64,000 nt of DNA from Longimicrobiales bacterium (GCA_963422615.1 OY730414.1:1472302-1536301), one strand, 5' to 3'. Counted from the stretch's first letter, positions 29,533 through 39,752 are shown. The notes: generated from the sequence alone by a model not told the origin. A program made the numbers and translations.

Positions 29533-30861
29533 TCACGCTTCCGGTGCCTCTTCTTGAATCTCCCTGGCAACCGCCTGAACTTCGTCCAGTACCCGCAACA
29601 GGTTCCCGCTCCAGAGCATTCCGATCTCCTCCTCCGAGTACCCCCGCCGGACGAGTTCCAGGGTCACGTTGAAGGTTTCGGAAGCGTCGTTCCAACCGTC
29701 CACGCCGCCTCCGCCGTCGAAGTCGGAGCTGATCCCCACATGCTCCAAGCCGATCAGGTTCACCATGTAGTCAATGTGATCGACGAAGTCGGCGACATCC
29801 ACGGCCGGCGCCTCGAGGTCGTCGATACGCTCGGCGGCCGCCCGCCTGGCTTCCCTGAGCGCCTCCATGTGAGCTTGGCGTTCGGCGTCCGCCATGGCCG
29901 CGATCTGTTCTCTGTCCCGGATTTCGAACCCCATTTCGGCAGCGACCTCCTGGAAGATCGCGCGCTCCGATTCCTGACGGACCGCGTTCTTTTCGGCGTT
30001 CACGTAGCCGCGAAAGGCCACGGTGTGAACCACCCCGCCGTTCTCGGCGACGGCCCGGAGCTGCTCGTCGTCCAGGTTCCGGCTCACGTCGCTGAGCGCG
30101 CGGGCAGACGAATGGGACGCGATGACCGGGGCGCGGCTCAGGGCGATGGTCTCCATGATCGCCGCCTTGGACGGGTGGGAGATGTCCAGCATGATCCCCA
30201 GCCGGTTCATCTCCACCACCGCTTGGCGCCCCAGTTCGCTTAACCCTTCGTGGAGCCATACCCCGTCCCGCTCCCCCGTGTTGGAATCGGAAAACTGGCT
30301 GTGACCATTGTGGGACAGGGACATGTACCGTCCCCCCAGCTCGTGAAACTCCCTTATCCTCGACAGGTCCAGGCCGACCGGATAGGCGTTCTCGATCCCG
30401 ATCATCGCGACCTTCTTGCCCGAGGCGGCAATCCGGCGGACGTCTTCCGAGGTGAGGGCCAGCTCAATCCGGTCGGGCGCCATCTCCTCTACCAGGCGGT
30501 GGATGGCGTTGAACTTGTCGATCGCGTTCTCGTACGCGGCCGCGTAGCCGTCGTCGGTCAGGGGGCCCTGTCCCGTGTACACGACCAGCCAGGCCACGTC
30601 CAGGCCGCCCGCTTCCATCTTGGGCAGGGTGACCTGGGTCGGGAGGTCCATGGTGTAGTTCCGCTCGGCCGTGAAGTTGGCCGTGTTGATGTCGTCGTGG
30701 GTGTCCAGGGTGATGACCCGTTCGTGAATGGCCCGGGCCCGCTCAACCAGCTCTTCCTCGGTCTCGGTGGCTGCGGCGGGTTCGTCGCTCCCGGGGTCGC
30801 ATGATCCGGAAAGGAGGAGGATGAGCGGGAGGGCGAAGTTGGCGAGTCGGCGGGTCTTCAT
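29533..30861 (-). CDS. Membrane dipeptidase (peptidase M19) lipoprotein
   Basis: Lipobox LSGSC; LDTHDD, GIEN, DISH, ASHS, GISSDFDGGG motifs. Confidence 0.92.
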   Translation of the reverse strand: MKTRRLANFALPLILLLSGSCDPGSDEPAAATETEEELVERARAIHERVITLDTHDDINTANFTAERNYTMDLPTQVTLPKMEAGGLDVAWLVVYTGQGPLTDDGYAAAYENAIDKFNAIHRLVEEMAPDRIELALTSEDVRRIAASGKKVAMIGIENAYPVGLDLSRIREFHELGGRYMSLSHNGHSQFSDSNTGERDGVWLHEGLSELGRQAVVEMNRLGIMLDISHPSKAAIMETIALSRAPVIASHSSARALSDVSRNLDDEQLRAVAENGGVVHTVAFRGYVNAEKNAVRQESERAIFQEVAAEMGFEIRDREQIAAMADAERQAHMEALREARRAAAERIDDLEAPAVDVADFVDHIDYMVNLIGLEHVGISSDFDGGGGVDGWNDASETFNVTLELVRRGYSEEEIGMLWSGNLLRVLDEVQAVAREIQEEAPEA

Positions 30862-31014
30862 GGGAGGGCTCCCTTGGCCTGGGATGGGTGGATGGCGGAC
30901 GCAGTGGATAGGTCGCATCTTGATTAGATGGTTGCTCCGTCACAAGGTACAAGGGTTCGGGTCGCGGAGGCGATAAGGATGAGGGCTTGGACAATGGCGA
31001 TCGGCTAGCCACGC

Positions 31015-31440
31015 ATGACTGACCCGGGTTACCGGCTTCTGGATCTGTTGCTTTTCGGTTTCCACGCCGCGCTCGTGGTCTTCAACGTGGTGGGTTGGGC
31101 CTGGCGGAGGACGCGACGTCTTCACCTGTTTACCATCTGCGGGACGATCTTCTCCTGGTTCGGTTTTGGGGCGGTCTACGGATGGGGATACTGTCCCCTG
31201 ACGGACTGGCACTGGCGGGTGAAGGAAGCGTTGGGTCAGACGGAGCTTCCCGCCTCCTGGCTGAAGTACTACCTCGACCGAGCCACCGGGCTAGCCTGGG
31301 ATCCTGCGGTGGTGGACACCCTCGTCGTCACCCCGGCACTGGCGGCGCTGGGGCTGTCGGTGTGGCTCAATCTTCGGGACTTGCGTGGGCAGGGTATGCG
31401 TAGGCAACCTCCCTTTGGCCAACGTCGGGGAAGTCCGTAG
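31015..31440 (+). CDS. DUF2784-like membrane protein
   Basis: FHAALVVFN, RRLHL and WGYCPLTDW motifs. Confidence 0.75.
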   Translation: MTDPGYRLLDLLLFGFHAALVVFNVVGWAWRRTRRLHLFTICGTIFSWFGFGAVYGWGYCPLTDWHWRVKEALGQTELPASWLKYYLDRATGLAWDPAVVDTLVVTPALAALGLSVWLNLRDLRGQGMRRQPPFGQRRGSP

Positions 31441-31469
31441 CCGGCGATCAAAATCAACCCGGGGGAGTT

Positions 31470-33014
31470 ATGAACAGGCTGTTTCGGATCTCGTCACCAT
31501 GCATCGCCGTCCTTCTCGTGGCGGCCACTGCCGCGGGGCAGGAAAGGGAGAATTCCGGGGCTTCCCCCGAGCCCTCCCGGTGGGAAAGCAGCCACTCGAT
31601 CGTGGTCGGCGGGGAGACGGTCCAATACGACGCGGTGGTCGCGAGTACGGTCCTCAGGGACGCCGACGGCGACGCTGCTGCCGAGCTCTTCTATACAGCC
31701 TACTTCAGGACCAACGGGGCGTCGTCGGGGGAGCGGCCCGTCATCTTCTCGTACAACGGCGGGCCCGGTTCGGCGTCTTTCTGGCTCCACATGGGGATCA
31801 TGGGGCCCCGCCGGGTGGTCACGCCCGATGTGGGTCCTCAAGGGGCCCCTCCGTACCCCCTGGAGGACAACGCCTACACCGTCCTGGACCACGCCGACAT
31901 CGTCATGGTGGACCCCATCGGCACGGGATTCAGCCATCCCTTGGGGGATACGCCCGGATCCGACTTTTGGGGCATCGACGAAGACGCCCGCTCTCTGGCC
32001 CAGTTCATCCGTCGCTTCCTGAGCGAACACGACCGCTGGAACTCCCCCCGGTACCTCTTGGGCGAGAGCTACGGCACGACCCGCTCGGCCGTGCTGGCGA
32101 GGCACCTCCAGCGGGCGAACATCGACCTGAACGGGATCGTGCTGGTGTCGGCGGTGCTGCAGTTCAACACGATTCAGTTCGCTCCGGGCGACGATCTCCC
32201 GTACATCGTCAACCTTCCGTCCTATGCCGTGACCGCCCGATACCTGGACGCCCTGCCCGGAGACCCTCCCGAAGATTTGGAATCCTTCATGGCCGAGGTG
32301 GAGGCGTGGTCCCTGGCCGAATACGCTACGGCTCTCCTGGCTGGCGGAACGCTGGAGCCTTCCGTTCGCGCCCGGGTGGTGGAGCAGATGCACCGCTACA
32401 CCGGTTTGAGCCGAGACTTCATCGAGAAATCGGATCTCCGCGTGACGGCGCCGGCCTTCGAAGCCGAGCTGCTGCGGGACCAGGGGCGGATCGTGGGACG
32501 ACTGGACGCCCGATTCACGGGACCTGCCGGGGACGTGTTGCAGCCCCGGCCCTCCCACGACCCCCAGTCCACGGCGATCAGTTCCGCGTACACCTCCGCA
32601 TTCAACAGCTACCTGCGCGGGGAGCTGGGCTACGACGGGGAGCGGGAGTACGTGTCCAGCGGCGGCACCCGCAACTGGAACTGGGGGCGCCTGGGCGGAG
32701 GCGGCGCCTTCGTGAGGGGTGGGGGAACCCCCAACGTTGTGCCCGATCTGGCCGAGGCCATGAAGCGGAATCCGGAGCTGGAAGTCCTCCTGATCAACGG
32801 AATCTACGACTTGGCAACCCCCTACTTCGCCGCGGTCTGGTCCATGGATCGCATGGGACTTCCGCCGGAGCTCATGGACAACATTCATCGGGCCGACTTC
32901 GCCGCCGGCCACATGATGTACGTGGAGCAGTCCCTACTGCCCCAGTGGAAAGAGACCCTGGACGCCTTCATTCTCCGGACTTCGGGGGGATCCGCGGCTT
33001 CCGTGTCCCAGTAG
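31470..33014 (+). CDS. Serine carboxypeptidase (peptidase S10), secreted
   Basis: Signal peptide; FSYNGGPGSAS, DPIGTGFS, catalytic GESYG, DLATP, AGHMMY. Confidence 0.93.
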   Translation: MNRLFRISSPCIAVLLVAATAAGQERENSGASPEPSRWESSHSIVVGGETVQYDAVVASTVLRDADGDAAAELFYTAYFRTNGASSGERPVIFSYNGGPGSASFWLHMGIMGPRRVVTPDVGPQGAPPYPLEDNAYTVLDHADIVMVDPIGTGFSHPLGDTPGSDFWGIDEDARSLAQFIRRFLSEHDRWNSPRYLLGESYGTTRSAVLARHLQRANIDLNGIVLVSAVLQFNTIQFAPGDDLPYIVNLPSYAVTARYLDALPGDPPEDLESFMAEVEAWSLAEYATALLAGGTLEPSVRARVVEQMHRYTGLSRDFIEKSDLRVTAPAFEAELLRDQGRIVGRLDARFTGPAGDVLQPRPSHDPQSTAISSAYTSAFNSYLRGELGYDGEREYVSSGGTRNWNWGRLGGGGAFVRGGGTPNVVPDLAEAMKRNPELEVLLINGIYDLATPYFAAVWSMDRMGLPPELMDNIHRADFAAGHMMYVEQSLLPQWKETLDAFILRTSGGSAASVSQ

Positions 33015-33023
33015 GGGGGGCCT

Positions 33024-33340
33024 AATGGGGGCGGCCGCCGTTGAGCCACGGCGGCGCTTCCATGTTGCGTTTCAACAAGTCCACCGTGCGGTTGATCACA
33101 CCCTTCTCTACCGCCGTGCCCTGAAACACGAGAGGTCAGCGGTCCCCGGATCCGCTCTTCATTGATCGCATTATAGTTCTTCATGAGCCCGGGAAACGCG
33201 ACCGCTGTAACCCCGGCCTGAGGCAGGCGGCGATTCAGGTTATCGCCGAACAGCAGAAGTCCGGAAACCGATGCGGCAACGGCGTCTCGCGCCGCAACCA
33301 GAAAGTCCGAAGTGAGCAAAAGGAGCCGCCATCCATCGAA
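33024..33340 (-). pseudogene. Frameshifted internal fragment of a Schlafen/AlbA_2 plus HATPase_c_4-type regulator
   Basis: SVSGLLLFGDNLNRRLPQAGVTAVAFPG...RIRGPL continues after a frame change near 33137 as PLVFQGTAVEKGVINRTVDLLKRNM; no N- or C-terminal domains; family recognised from memory. Confidence 0.55.
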
Positions 33341-33475
33341 GTCTGCCCGGAGCGTTCAACTGCGGCTCTGAGGCCGCCGCGGTTCCCCCTCCGGGAGGCG
33401 GAGGCCATTTTTCGGGCGACGCTTCTGGAGTACGGCCCGGGTTCCGGCCCGGAGCTTCTGGCGGTTTTTCATATG

Positions 33476-33559
33476 GCCGGGGTGGTGAAATCGGTATACA
33501 CAGGGGACTTAAAATCCCCCGGGCGCAATCCCATGCGGGTTCGAGTCCCGCCCCCGGCA
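33476..33559 (+). tRNA. tRNA-Leu (anticodon TAA)
   Basis: Acceptor GCCGGGG/CCCCGGC plus discriminator A, anticodon arm GGGGA-CTTAAAA-TCCCC, long variable arm, T arm GCGGG-TTCGAGT-CCCGC; CCA not encoded. Confidence 0.97.
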
Positions 33560-33583
33560 CTCCTCAAATGGGGTATTTGTCGG

Positions 33584-34747
33584 CTAGTTCCTCCGGTACG
33601 ACCGCACGGGCGGGAGCCGTGCTCCCGTGCCGCCCGGGGGTTCCTCCTCCCCCACCACGGGGATCCGGAGGGTGCCGATCCCGTCGATGGTGGCCTCGAT
33701 CACGTCCCCCGGTTGCAGAAAGCGCTGTTCGCCCCGGACCGCGGTGCCCATCCCGACACCCCCTGAGGTTCCGTTGTTGATCACGTCGCCGGGGAACAGG
33801 GTGATGATTGATGAGCCGTACTCGATCAGCTCATAAAGGGTGTGAATCATGTCTCCCGCCCGGGCTTCCTGCATCTGCTCCCCGCCTATGCTCAAGGTCT
33901 GGCGGAGCTCTTCCATAGGGTCTCCGTAGAACTCCTTCGGCACGATCCACGGCCCCATGGGGGCGAAGGTGTCGTGGCCCTTTCCGACGAACCAGTCCGA
34001 GCGAAGCGGGTTCCCGCCGGGTGGGCGTCCACCCCGGTCCGAGACGTCGATGGTTACGGTGTAGCCGAAGATGTAGCTGGGGGCATCCGGCGCCGAAACG
34101 TACTTGGCCGTTCGGCCGATCACGGCGCCCAGCTCCACCTCCCAGTCGGTTCGATCCCGGCCAAAGGGGATCACCACCGGGTCGCCGTTGCCGATCACCG
34201 CTCCCCGACTGGGCTTGAGGAACAGGTAGGGTACGCCCCGGTTTTCTTGCCGCTGGCGCCGGGCTTCCGCCCGTTCTTCCGGAGTTCCGGTTTCGTTCAC
34301 GTGGCTGTAGAAGTTGACGGCGGCGTTCAGGATCTTCCCGGGGTACAGGATCGGGGGGAGGGTCCGGATCCCATCCACATCGTGGATGAAACCCGGTCGC
34401 GGACCCTCATCAATCACGTTGTTTGCGGCCAGGTGGTCAACGATTTCGTACAGGCGACGCTTGACCCCGTATTCGTACCGGCCGATCAGGTCCAGCATGT
34501 CGGTGGGCATGGGGAAGCCCGGGTGTGCCGGATTTCGCTCCAGGGCCCGGTTGGCTTCGCCGATGTCCACGACCACGGCGTCCCGCAGGACCAACCCGAT
34601 TCTGGCTTCGCCGCCGATCTCGAAGGTGCCGACCTTGAAAGGCTCGGCGATCTCCACCCCGGGCACCTCCTGGGCCGGAGTGGGCGACGTGGCGGCCAAA
34701 CCTGCGAGCGCGCCTCCTAGCATCCCGACAACGAGCCTGGCTCTCAT
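33584..34747 (-). CDS. Fumarylacetoacetate hydrolase family protein with N-terminal signal peptide
   Basis: PGKILNAAVNFYSH, LFLK, DWEVEL, DVSDR, GKGHDTFAPMGP, PGDVINNGT; start MRARLVVGMLGGALAGLAA. Confidence 0.88.
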   Translation of the reverse strand: MRARLVVGMLGGALAGLAATSPTPAQEVPGVEIAEPFKVGTFEIGGEARIGLVLRDAVVVDIGEANRALERNPAHPGFPMPTDMLDLIGRYEYGVKRRLYEIVDHLAANNVIDEGPRPGFIHDVDGIRTLPPILYPGKILNAAVNFYSHVNETGTPEERAEARRQRQENRGVPYLFLKPSRGAVIGNGDPVVIPFGRDRTDWEVELGAVIGRTAKYVSAPDAPSYIFGYTVTIDVSDRGGRPPGGNPLRSDWFVGKGHDTFAPMGPWIVPKEFYGDPMEELRQTLSIGGEQMQEARAGDMIHTLYELIEYGSSIITLFPGDVINNGTSGGVGMGTAVRGEQRFLQPGDVIEATIDGIGTLRIPVVGEEEPPGGTGARLPPVRSYRRN

Positions 34748-35090
34748 AGTCCTATAAGTCTCCCGATCCTTGGATCCACAAGTCATGTGGGGCCGGCACG
34801 GCTCCGGTTCCGATGTTTCCGGAAGGAAGGCGGCGCTCCGGACCAGGCCGTCCGGCGCCAGCACGACGGTAGCAACGCGTGTACGCTTGACTGTAGCCAG
34901 GGATCCGGACACGCATCAAGGCCGGACCGGCTTCGAGACCCGTTCCCCTCAACCGGGCAGGGGACGTGAGACCGGGCGAGGGCCACAAGGGTCCCCGGGG
35001 GAATTTCCGCACGGGCAGCCCGATCCCCGCGCTCCTCAAGGTGCTCCGAAGGGCGCCGGGCTGACCGGCCACGACGCAAACCCCGTGCAA

Positions 35091-37484
35091 CTACATAATC
35101 GCGTCCAGGTACAGATCGATGCGGAATTGTTTGTCCGGCCCCTTGAGCCCGTGGGAAATGTCCATTCGGATGAGACCGTCCAGGATGCTTCCGCCAACGC
35201 CGACGCCGAAGAGGAGATCATCGGCGTCGAAGCTGCTTCTGGAACCGGCCCAGCCGGTGTCCCCGAAAAGGCTCACTCCCGCCCCATCCCAGCTTCGGGC
35301 CACCTCGATCCGACCGCGCAGAAAGGACAGCCCCGCCCGGACGGACGCCGGGTACCCCCGCAGGGTACTTGCTCCCAAGAACCAGGAACGTTGAACGGGG
35401 GCCTCCCCCCAGGTGGTCCCGCCACCGGCCTCAACGCCCAGGCGCCAACTGCCCCATGCGGTTCCCGCCACGGGGAAAACGGTTCGCACGACGATGCTGG
35501 CTTGGCCGTACGTCGACCGGGTGTCCTCCCCGGTGCGGGCGGGTCGCCAGAGGGCACTTCGGCCGTAGAGTTCGACGCCCAGCTGAACCTGCTCGGGATC
35601 ATGCCCCCACCACGGCAAAAGCCGAAGCTCGGCGCCCGCCTCGTCAACGGGATCGGCGGGGACATTGGACCGGAACTTCCAATCCCCGTCGAATACGCGA
35701 AAGAGGGCGAAATCGGTCTCCGCTTCTACGCGATCGTGGCGCTCCCCGTAGGCCCGGAACAAAAAGGACTCCCGGGCGCCCGACGGAGGACGCCACGTCA
35801 GATCGGCGCCGGTTGCCCTATAGTACTCCCCGTTGTCCCGCCCGAAGAAAAGGGCGTCCAAGGAATTCCCGAAGCCCAGGTATCCGCCCCGGGGGTTCGT
35901 GGCCTGGAGCTCGTGGTAGGCTCCCAGGCTCAGCCGACGGAGGACCGTCGCCCGTTCCAACGTCAGCCGGGCCTTCGGGCGAAGGTCGGCCAACCCGAAG
36001 AACCCCGAGACACCCACGGCGTACGGCCCGCCGACGCTGGCCTGGAAGCGCCCGCCTGCGGCCAACCCCTCCACCCGATTGTAGCGGACCAGGTCCGGCC
36101 GGGCCCAACCCCAGTTGAAGGCCCAGGGAATTCCCGTCACCTGGGGTGCGGGCAGGTCGGCGAGGCTTCGAAGGTACTCCTCCAAGGCATCGTCCGATGG
36201 AAACCCCGGCGCACTTTCCCAGATTGGAGGCGGAAGATGGGGGCTCTCCGCCACTTTCTCCCGCTCCTTGGGCACGATGAGGAGAGACTCCCTTCCTCTC
36301 GCGGCTTCCTCGGCATCGTGCATGACCTCGTAGGCCACATCTTCTTCCCCCGAGAGGAGGCGGGCCACGAAGGCCATGGCTTCGGCCCGGGTGGCGAAGT
36401 GGACTTCCCTGAGATCGGACGACGAAGCCTCCGCCCGGGGGGCCGAATCCGCCGCGGTGGTGACCGACTCGATGTGGTAGGCGAGGTCCATCGAAACAGG
36501 AAACTTGAGAATCCCCGCCGCCGCCTCACCTTCCACCCGCATGCTCCTGGGCAGCCAGACCTCGAAGTCCCAGAGGCCGTAGTCCACAGCGACCATGGTC
36601 AGGTCGAAGGTCCAGGGCTTGAAGAGTCCGGGCACGTACCGGAACGTGCCCCGGGCTTCCTCTTCCTGAAGTTCGGGGACGTCGCGGACGGCGTCGAACT
36701 GACGACTCAGGCGAAATGCTGCCCGCACGAGAGCCCCCGACCGGGGCTCGATCCACAGGGCTCCGCTGATTCGATGGGCGTCGGCTTCCCGGGGGAGCAC
36801 ATCCAGCCGGACCGCGGAGAGTCCGCGTCCGTCCGGGAGCGACAGGGTGAGGGTGTCTCCGCTCTGGAAGCGGTACAAGGAGTCGGCGCCGTCCGTCAGG
36901 GGGTGGGCCAGCCAAAAGGCGTCATCCGTGGGTTGGAACGGGGCCTCGTCCTGATCCGTCATTCCGAAGAGCAGCCGGTCGCCTCCGGGCTCGAAGGGAG
37001 CGTCGAAGGGCAGGTCCTCCAACCAATCCAATTCACCTTCCTGAAAAGCCCGGTTCCGACCAGGATACCGGGAACGGGTTCCCAGAACCTGAACGACCGA
37101 TTCGTAGTCGTGGTCCCAGAAAGCCCGCACCGCGGTCTCGTTGCGGTAGATGACCCGGTCCTTGAGGGGGGTCCGAATCGCGGCGGCGATCCGTTGCTCG
37201 ATCCGGGCGGTGTAGCGCAGGACGGACTCATCCAGGGTCCTCCAGTTGGTGGCTGCCGCCAGGTACAGGCTCCGGGCGACGGGATCCAGGAAGGCATCGG
37301 GGGCCAGGGCCCGGCCCTGGGCGGGACTGACACCGGGGTCCTGGGCCCCCGTGGGTGTGGCGGCTAGGAGTCCCGAGGCGAGAAGGCTGGCCGCGAAGAG
37401 GCCCGCGGAGCGAAGGCCGACTAAGGGATGAGCTGGTGAAGCCGTGAACCGGATTCTCCCTTCCTCGGTTGCGCCGGATCCCAT
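35091..37484 (-). CDS. Putative outer-membrane protein (C-terminal beta-barrel, YNRVEGL motif)
   Basis: Signal-like segment, alternating amphipathic strands, LRGY motif and GVGVGGSILDGLIRMD end; ATG overlaps the upstream TGA (TGATG). Confidence 0.7.
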   Translation of the reverse strand: MGSGATEEGRIRFTASPAHPLVGLRSAGLFAASLLASGLLAATPTGAQDPGVSPAQGRALAPDAFLDPVARSLYLAAATNWRTLDESVLRYTARIEQRIAAAIRTPLKDRVIYRNETAVRAFWDHDYESVVQVLGTRSRYPGRNRAFQEGELDWLEDLPFDAPFEPGGDRLLFGMTDQDEAPFQPTDDAFWLAHPLTDGADSLYRFQSGDTLTLSLPDGRGLSAVRLDVLPREADAHRISGALWIEPRSGALVRAAFRLSRQFDAVRDVPELQEEEARGTFRYVPGLFKPWTFDLTMVAVDYGLWDFEVWLPRSMRVEGEAAAGILKFPVSMDLAYHIESVTTAADSAPRAEASSSDLREVHFATRAEAMAFVARLLSGEEDVAYEVMHDAEEAARGRESLLIVPKEREKVAESPHLPPPIWESAPGFPSDDALEEYLRSLADLPAPQVTGIPWAFNWGWARPDLVRYNRVEGLAAGGRFQASVGGPYAVGVSGFFGLADLRPKARLTLERATVLRRLSLGAYHELQATNPRGGYLGFGNSLDALFFGRDNGEYYRATGADLTWRPPSGARESFLFRAYGERHDRVEAETDFALFRVFDGDWKFRSNVPADPVDEAGAELRLLPWWGHDPEQVQLGVELYGRSALWRPARTGEDTRSTYGQASIVVRTVFPVAGTAWGSWRLGVEAGGGTTWGEAPVQRSWFLGASTLRGYPASVRAGLSFLRGRIEVARSWDGAGVSLFGDTGWAGSRSSFDADDLLFGVGVGGSILDGLIRMDISHGLKGPDKQFRIDLYLDAIM

Positions 37485-38983
37485 CACCGACCCGAGATTC
37501 CGAGGTCCGGCGGGGGCGCTCCAGGTTCGAACCGCACTTCGCGAACCTCTTTCCAGGGTACGTAGCGCCACGAGGATTCGCCGGAGCCGGGGAGCCCCGC
37601 GGTCGTCGTTCCTTCCCCAGTGGACGGGAAGACAAAAATACCCCTGTTGTCCGGTCCGACGTCATTGGAACCCCTAAGCTCGAAGGCTCTGCCGTCCAGA
37701 AGCGTGACCCGGACGCCCAGGTCGGCTTCCCCTCGCTCGATGCGCCGGATGTGCCCGAACTCAATGGTGAACTTCACGTTGTCCGCCTCCCCGTTGAGGA
37801 ACTCCCAGGACCACTCCTCGTCGGCATCCCACCGGATCCGCCCCTCGATCTCCTCCCCCGAACCGGTTCTCACGGTACCGAAAAGAGGATGGGCCCGGGC
37901 GAAAACCCCGTAGTCCCCCCTCTCCTTGGCGGGGTGGAGGTGAAGGACGCTGAACTCCTCCCATGCCACTTCGACCATCCCCAGGGAGGTTTCGGAGATC
38001 TTGACCCCTCGGTTTCTCCGGTCTACGTCGTTGGTCCCGGACAATTCCAGCTGTTCACCCGAAGCCAAAGTGACCCGCGCACCCCCGGAGATCCGCTTGA
38101 TCGCGCGGATCTCCCCGAAGGGGATCTCCAGATCCCTCCGGTCCCGGGAGTCGCCGTCCAGCACGTCCGACTCGAGGCTCTCATCCGAATCCCAGGTGAT
38201 GTAGCCGGTAAAGCTGCGGCCGAAGCGGTCCGTAACGGTTCCGTGAATACGGGGAGAGTCCGCCCGCCGGCCCGTCGGGGGGGTGGCAAATTCGACCCTC
38301 TCCAGTTCGTTCCAATGGACTCGGGTCACGCCCCGTTCCCGGTCGTCCACCACGAGGGCCAGAACCCCGGAGGGCAGGGATGACCGGCTGCGCAGATCGG
38401 GGCGGTGAAACATGACCCGGACGGTCTTGGTGCCTTCGTTCGAACCGGCTCCCGGCCGGGTACCCTCGGAGTCGTCGGGGCGCGCTTGGGGCGTCTGGCC
38501 GTCCCCGGGCCCCGGATGTCCCGATGCATTTTCGGGCCCGGGGATACCGGAGCGGAGGGTCAGTTCGATGCCGCCGCCTTCGGGAACGGTGATCCCGGCC
38601 AACCGTCCGAAGCGGACTTCGGTTGGATCCCGGGAAGAAAAGTCGGGGTCTTCTTCGTCCCACGAAATCCGATACCCCATAAGCTCCAGGGTTCGAACGG
38701 GTTGCGCGGTTCCGGTCGCTTGGAGCCACGCCTTGAAGTCTTCGCTCGAGGATTCCTTCGTTCCCTCAAAGATGTCGGCCCAAGTTCCCTTCTCCAACCG
38801 GCCCCGATTCGCCCAGCGAATAAAGCCCTCGTAGTGTTCGCCCGAGGCGGAATACACCCGCCCCCAGATCCGCTCTTCATCCTGGCTAGAGGCGGGGGTG
38901 GCGGTCAGGGCCGAGGAGACGAGGAGGCATCCCATCACTCTTCGGCGGAACCCGAGACGCATCCGGAATGTGAAATGGGACAT
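37484..38983 (-). CDS. Secreted hypothetical protein with three internal repeats
   Basis: Signal peptide; repeats IWGRVYSASGEHYEGFIRW, IHGTVTDRFGRSFTGYITW and LFGTVRTGSGEEIEGRIRW. Confidence 0.78.
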   Translation of the reverse strand: MSHFTFRMRLGFRRRVMGCLLVSSALTATPASSQDEERIWGRVYSASGEHYEGFIRWANRGRLEKGTWADIFEGTKESSSEDFKAWLQATGTAQPVRTLELMGYRISWDEEDPDFSSRDPTEVRFGRLAGITVPEGGGIELTLRSGIPGPENASGHPGPGDGQTPQARPDDSEGTRPGAGSNEGTKTVRVMFHRPDLRSRSSLPSGVLALVVDDRERGVTRVHWNELERVEFATPPTGRRADSPRIHGTVTDRFGRSFTGYITWDSDESLESDVLDGDSRDRRDLEIPFGEIRAIKRISGGARVTLASGEQLELSGTNDVDRRNRGVKISETSLGMVEVAWEEFSVLHLHPAKERGDYGVFARAHPLFGTVRTGSGEEIEGRIRWDADEEWSWEFLNGEADNVKFTIEFGHIRRIERGEADLGVRVTLLDGRAFELRGSNDVGPDNRGIFVFPSTGEGTTTAGLPGSGESSWRYVPWKEVREVRFEPGAPPPDLGISGR

Positions 38984-39144
38984 TTGGGCTCTCTACGCGG
39001 ACCTGCGGGTTGGAAGTTTCGGCGGGCGCCTGAAGGGGCGTGGCTTTCGAGAGAGGGTCCGGAGTGCGTACCTTGGGTGAGCCGTTGTCAGTTCGGCAGC
39101 GAATCGTCAAGCTCCTATCAGGGAAGACTTCAAGGAATCTCAAA

Positions 39145-39681
39145 ATGAGCACTCGAAAACACATTCTGAAGCTGGCCGTCCTTTGGATCGCATTCGCGGG
39201 GTTCGCCTGCGGGGGCGCAAATGAGAACCAGGAGGAGATGTCGGCGGAAACGGACGAAGCGATCGAAGCCGTGGATGCCGTTGGAGAAGAGGGCGCCAAT
39301 CCACGCTTCGGCGTGTGGCGCATGGAATCCGACGCCCCGCCCCCGGCGAGCAATATCATGACCTACGAGCCCTACGGGGAGGCAGGCATGAAGATCACGG
39401 TTGCGTCCACGAGCGCCGACGGCACGGAGTCCGAATGGAGCTACGTTACCCTGTTTGACGGCGTCTTCCGTTCCGTGACCGGCCAGGAAAACGCGGAGAC
39501 CGCGGTTGAGATCGTTGACGAACGGACCAATCGGATCCTGAACAAGCGGGACGGGGAGGTCGGCCAGATCATCGTCAACGTGCTTTCAGAGGATGGGAAC
39601 ACGATCCACAACGAGTACCGGCGGACCCTGGAAGATGGCACGGAACGGGTGAGCCACGCGGTCTACAGACGAGTCCGGTAG
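39145..39681 (+). CDS. Lipoprotein, lipocalin-like beta-barrel
   Basis: Lipobox GFAC, acidic linker, FGVW motif, C-terminal VYRR. Confidence 0.72.
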   Translation: MSTRKHILKLAVLWIAFAGFACGGANENQEEMSAETDEAIEAVDAVGEEGANPRFGVWRMESDAPPPASNIMTYEPYGEAGMKITVASTSADGTESEWSYVTLFDGVFRSVTGQENAETAVEIVDERTNRILNKRDGEVGQIIVNVLSEDGNTIHNEYRRTLEDGTERVSHAVYRRVR

Positions 39682-39752
39682 CGGCCGAACGGCAGCCGCA
39701 GGGACGTCGCCAGGGCCGAAGCGCCCACAAGGCCGCCTACCGGAGGGCCCCT

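Noticed and set aside
33476..33559. bldA-like regulatory role for tRNA-Leu(TAA)
   Set aside because: TTA codons occur in housekeeping genes here (rpe 26930, pccB 52845), so nothing indicates restriction to a regulated gene set
33476..35090. Integrative element at the tRNA 3' end
   Set aside because: No integrase and no duplicated tRNA 3' segment seen in the window
34770..37367. 865-aa plus-strand ORF and similar long antisense ORFs (1195..3201, 40879..42525, 48535..50577, 55772..57361)
   Set aside because: Shadow ORFs opposite well-supported genes, expected from high-GC codon bias; no recognisable motifs
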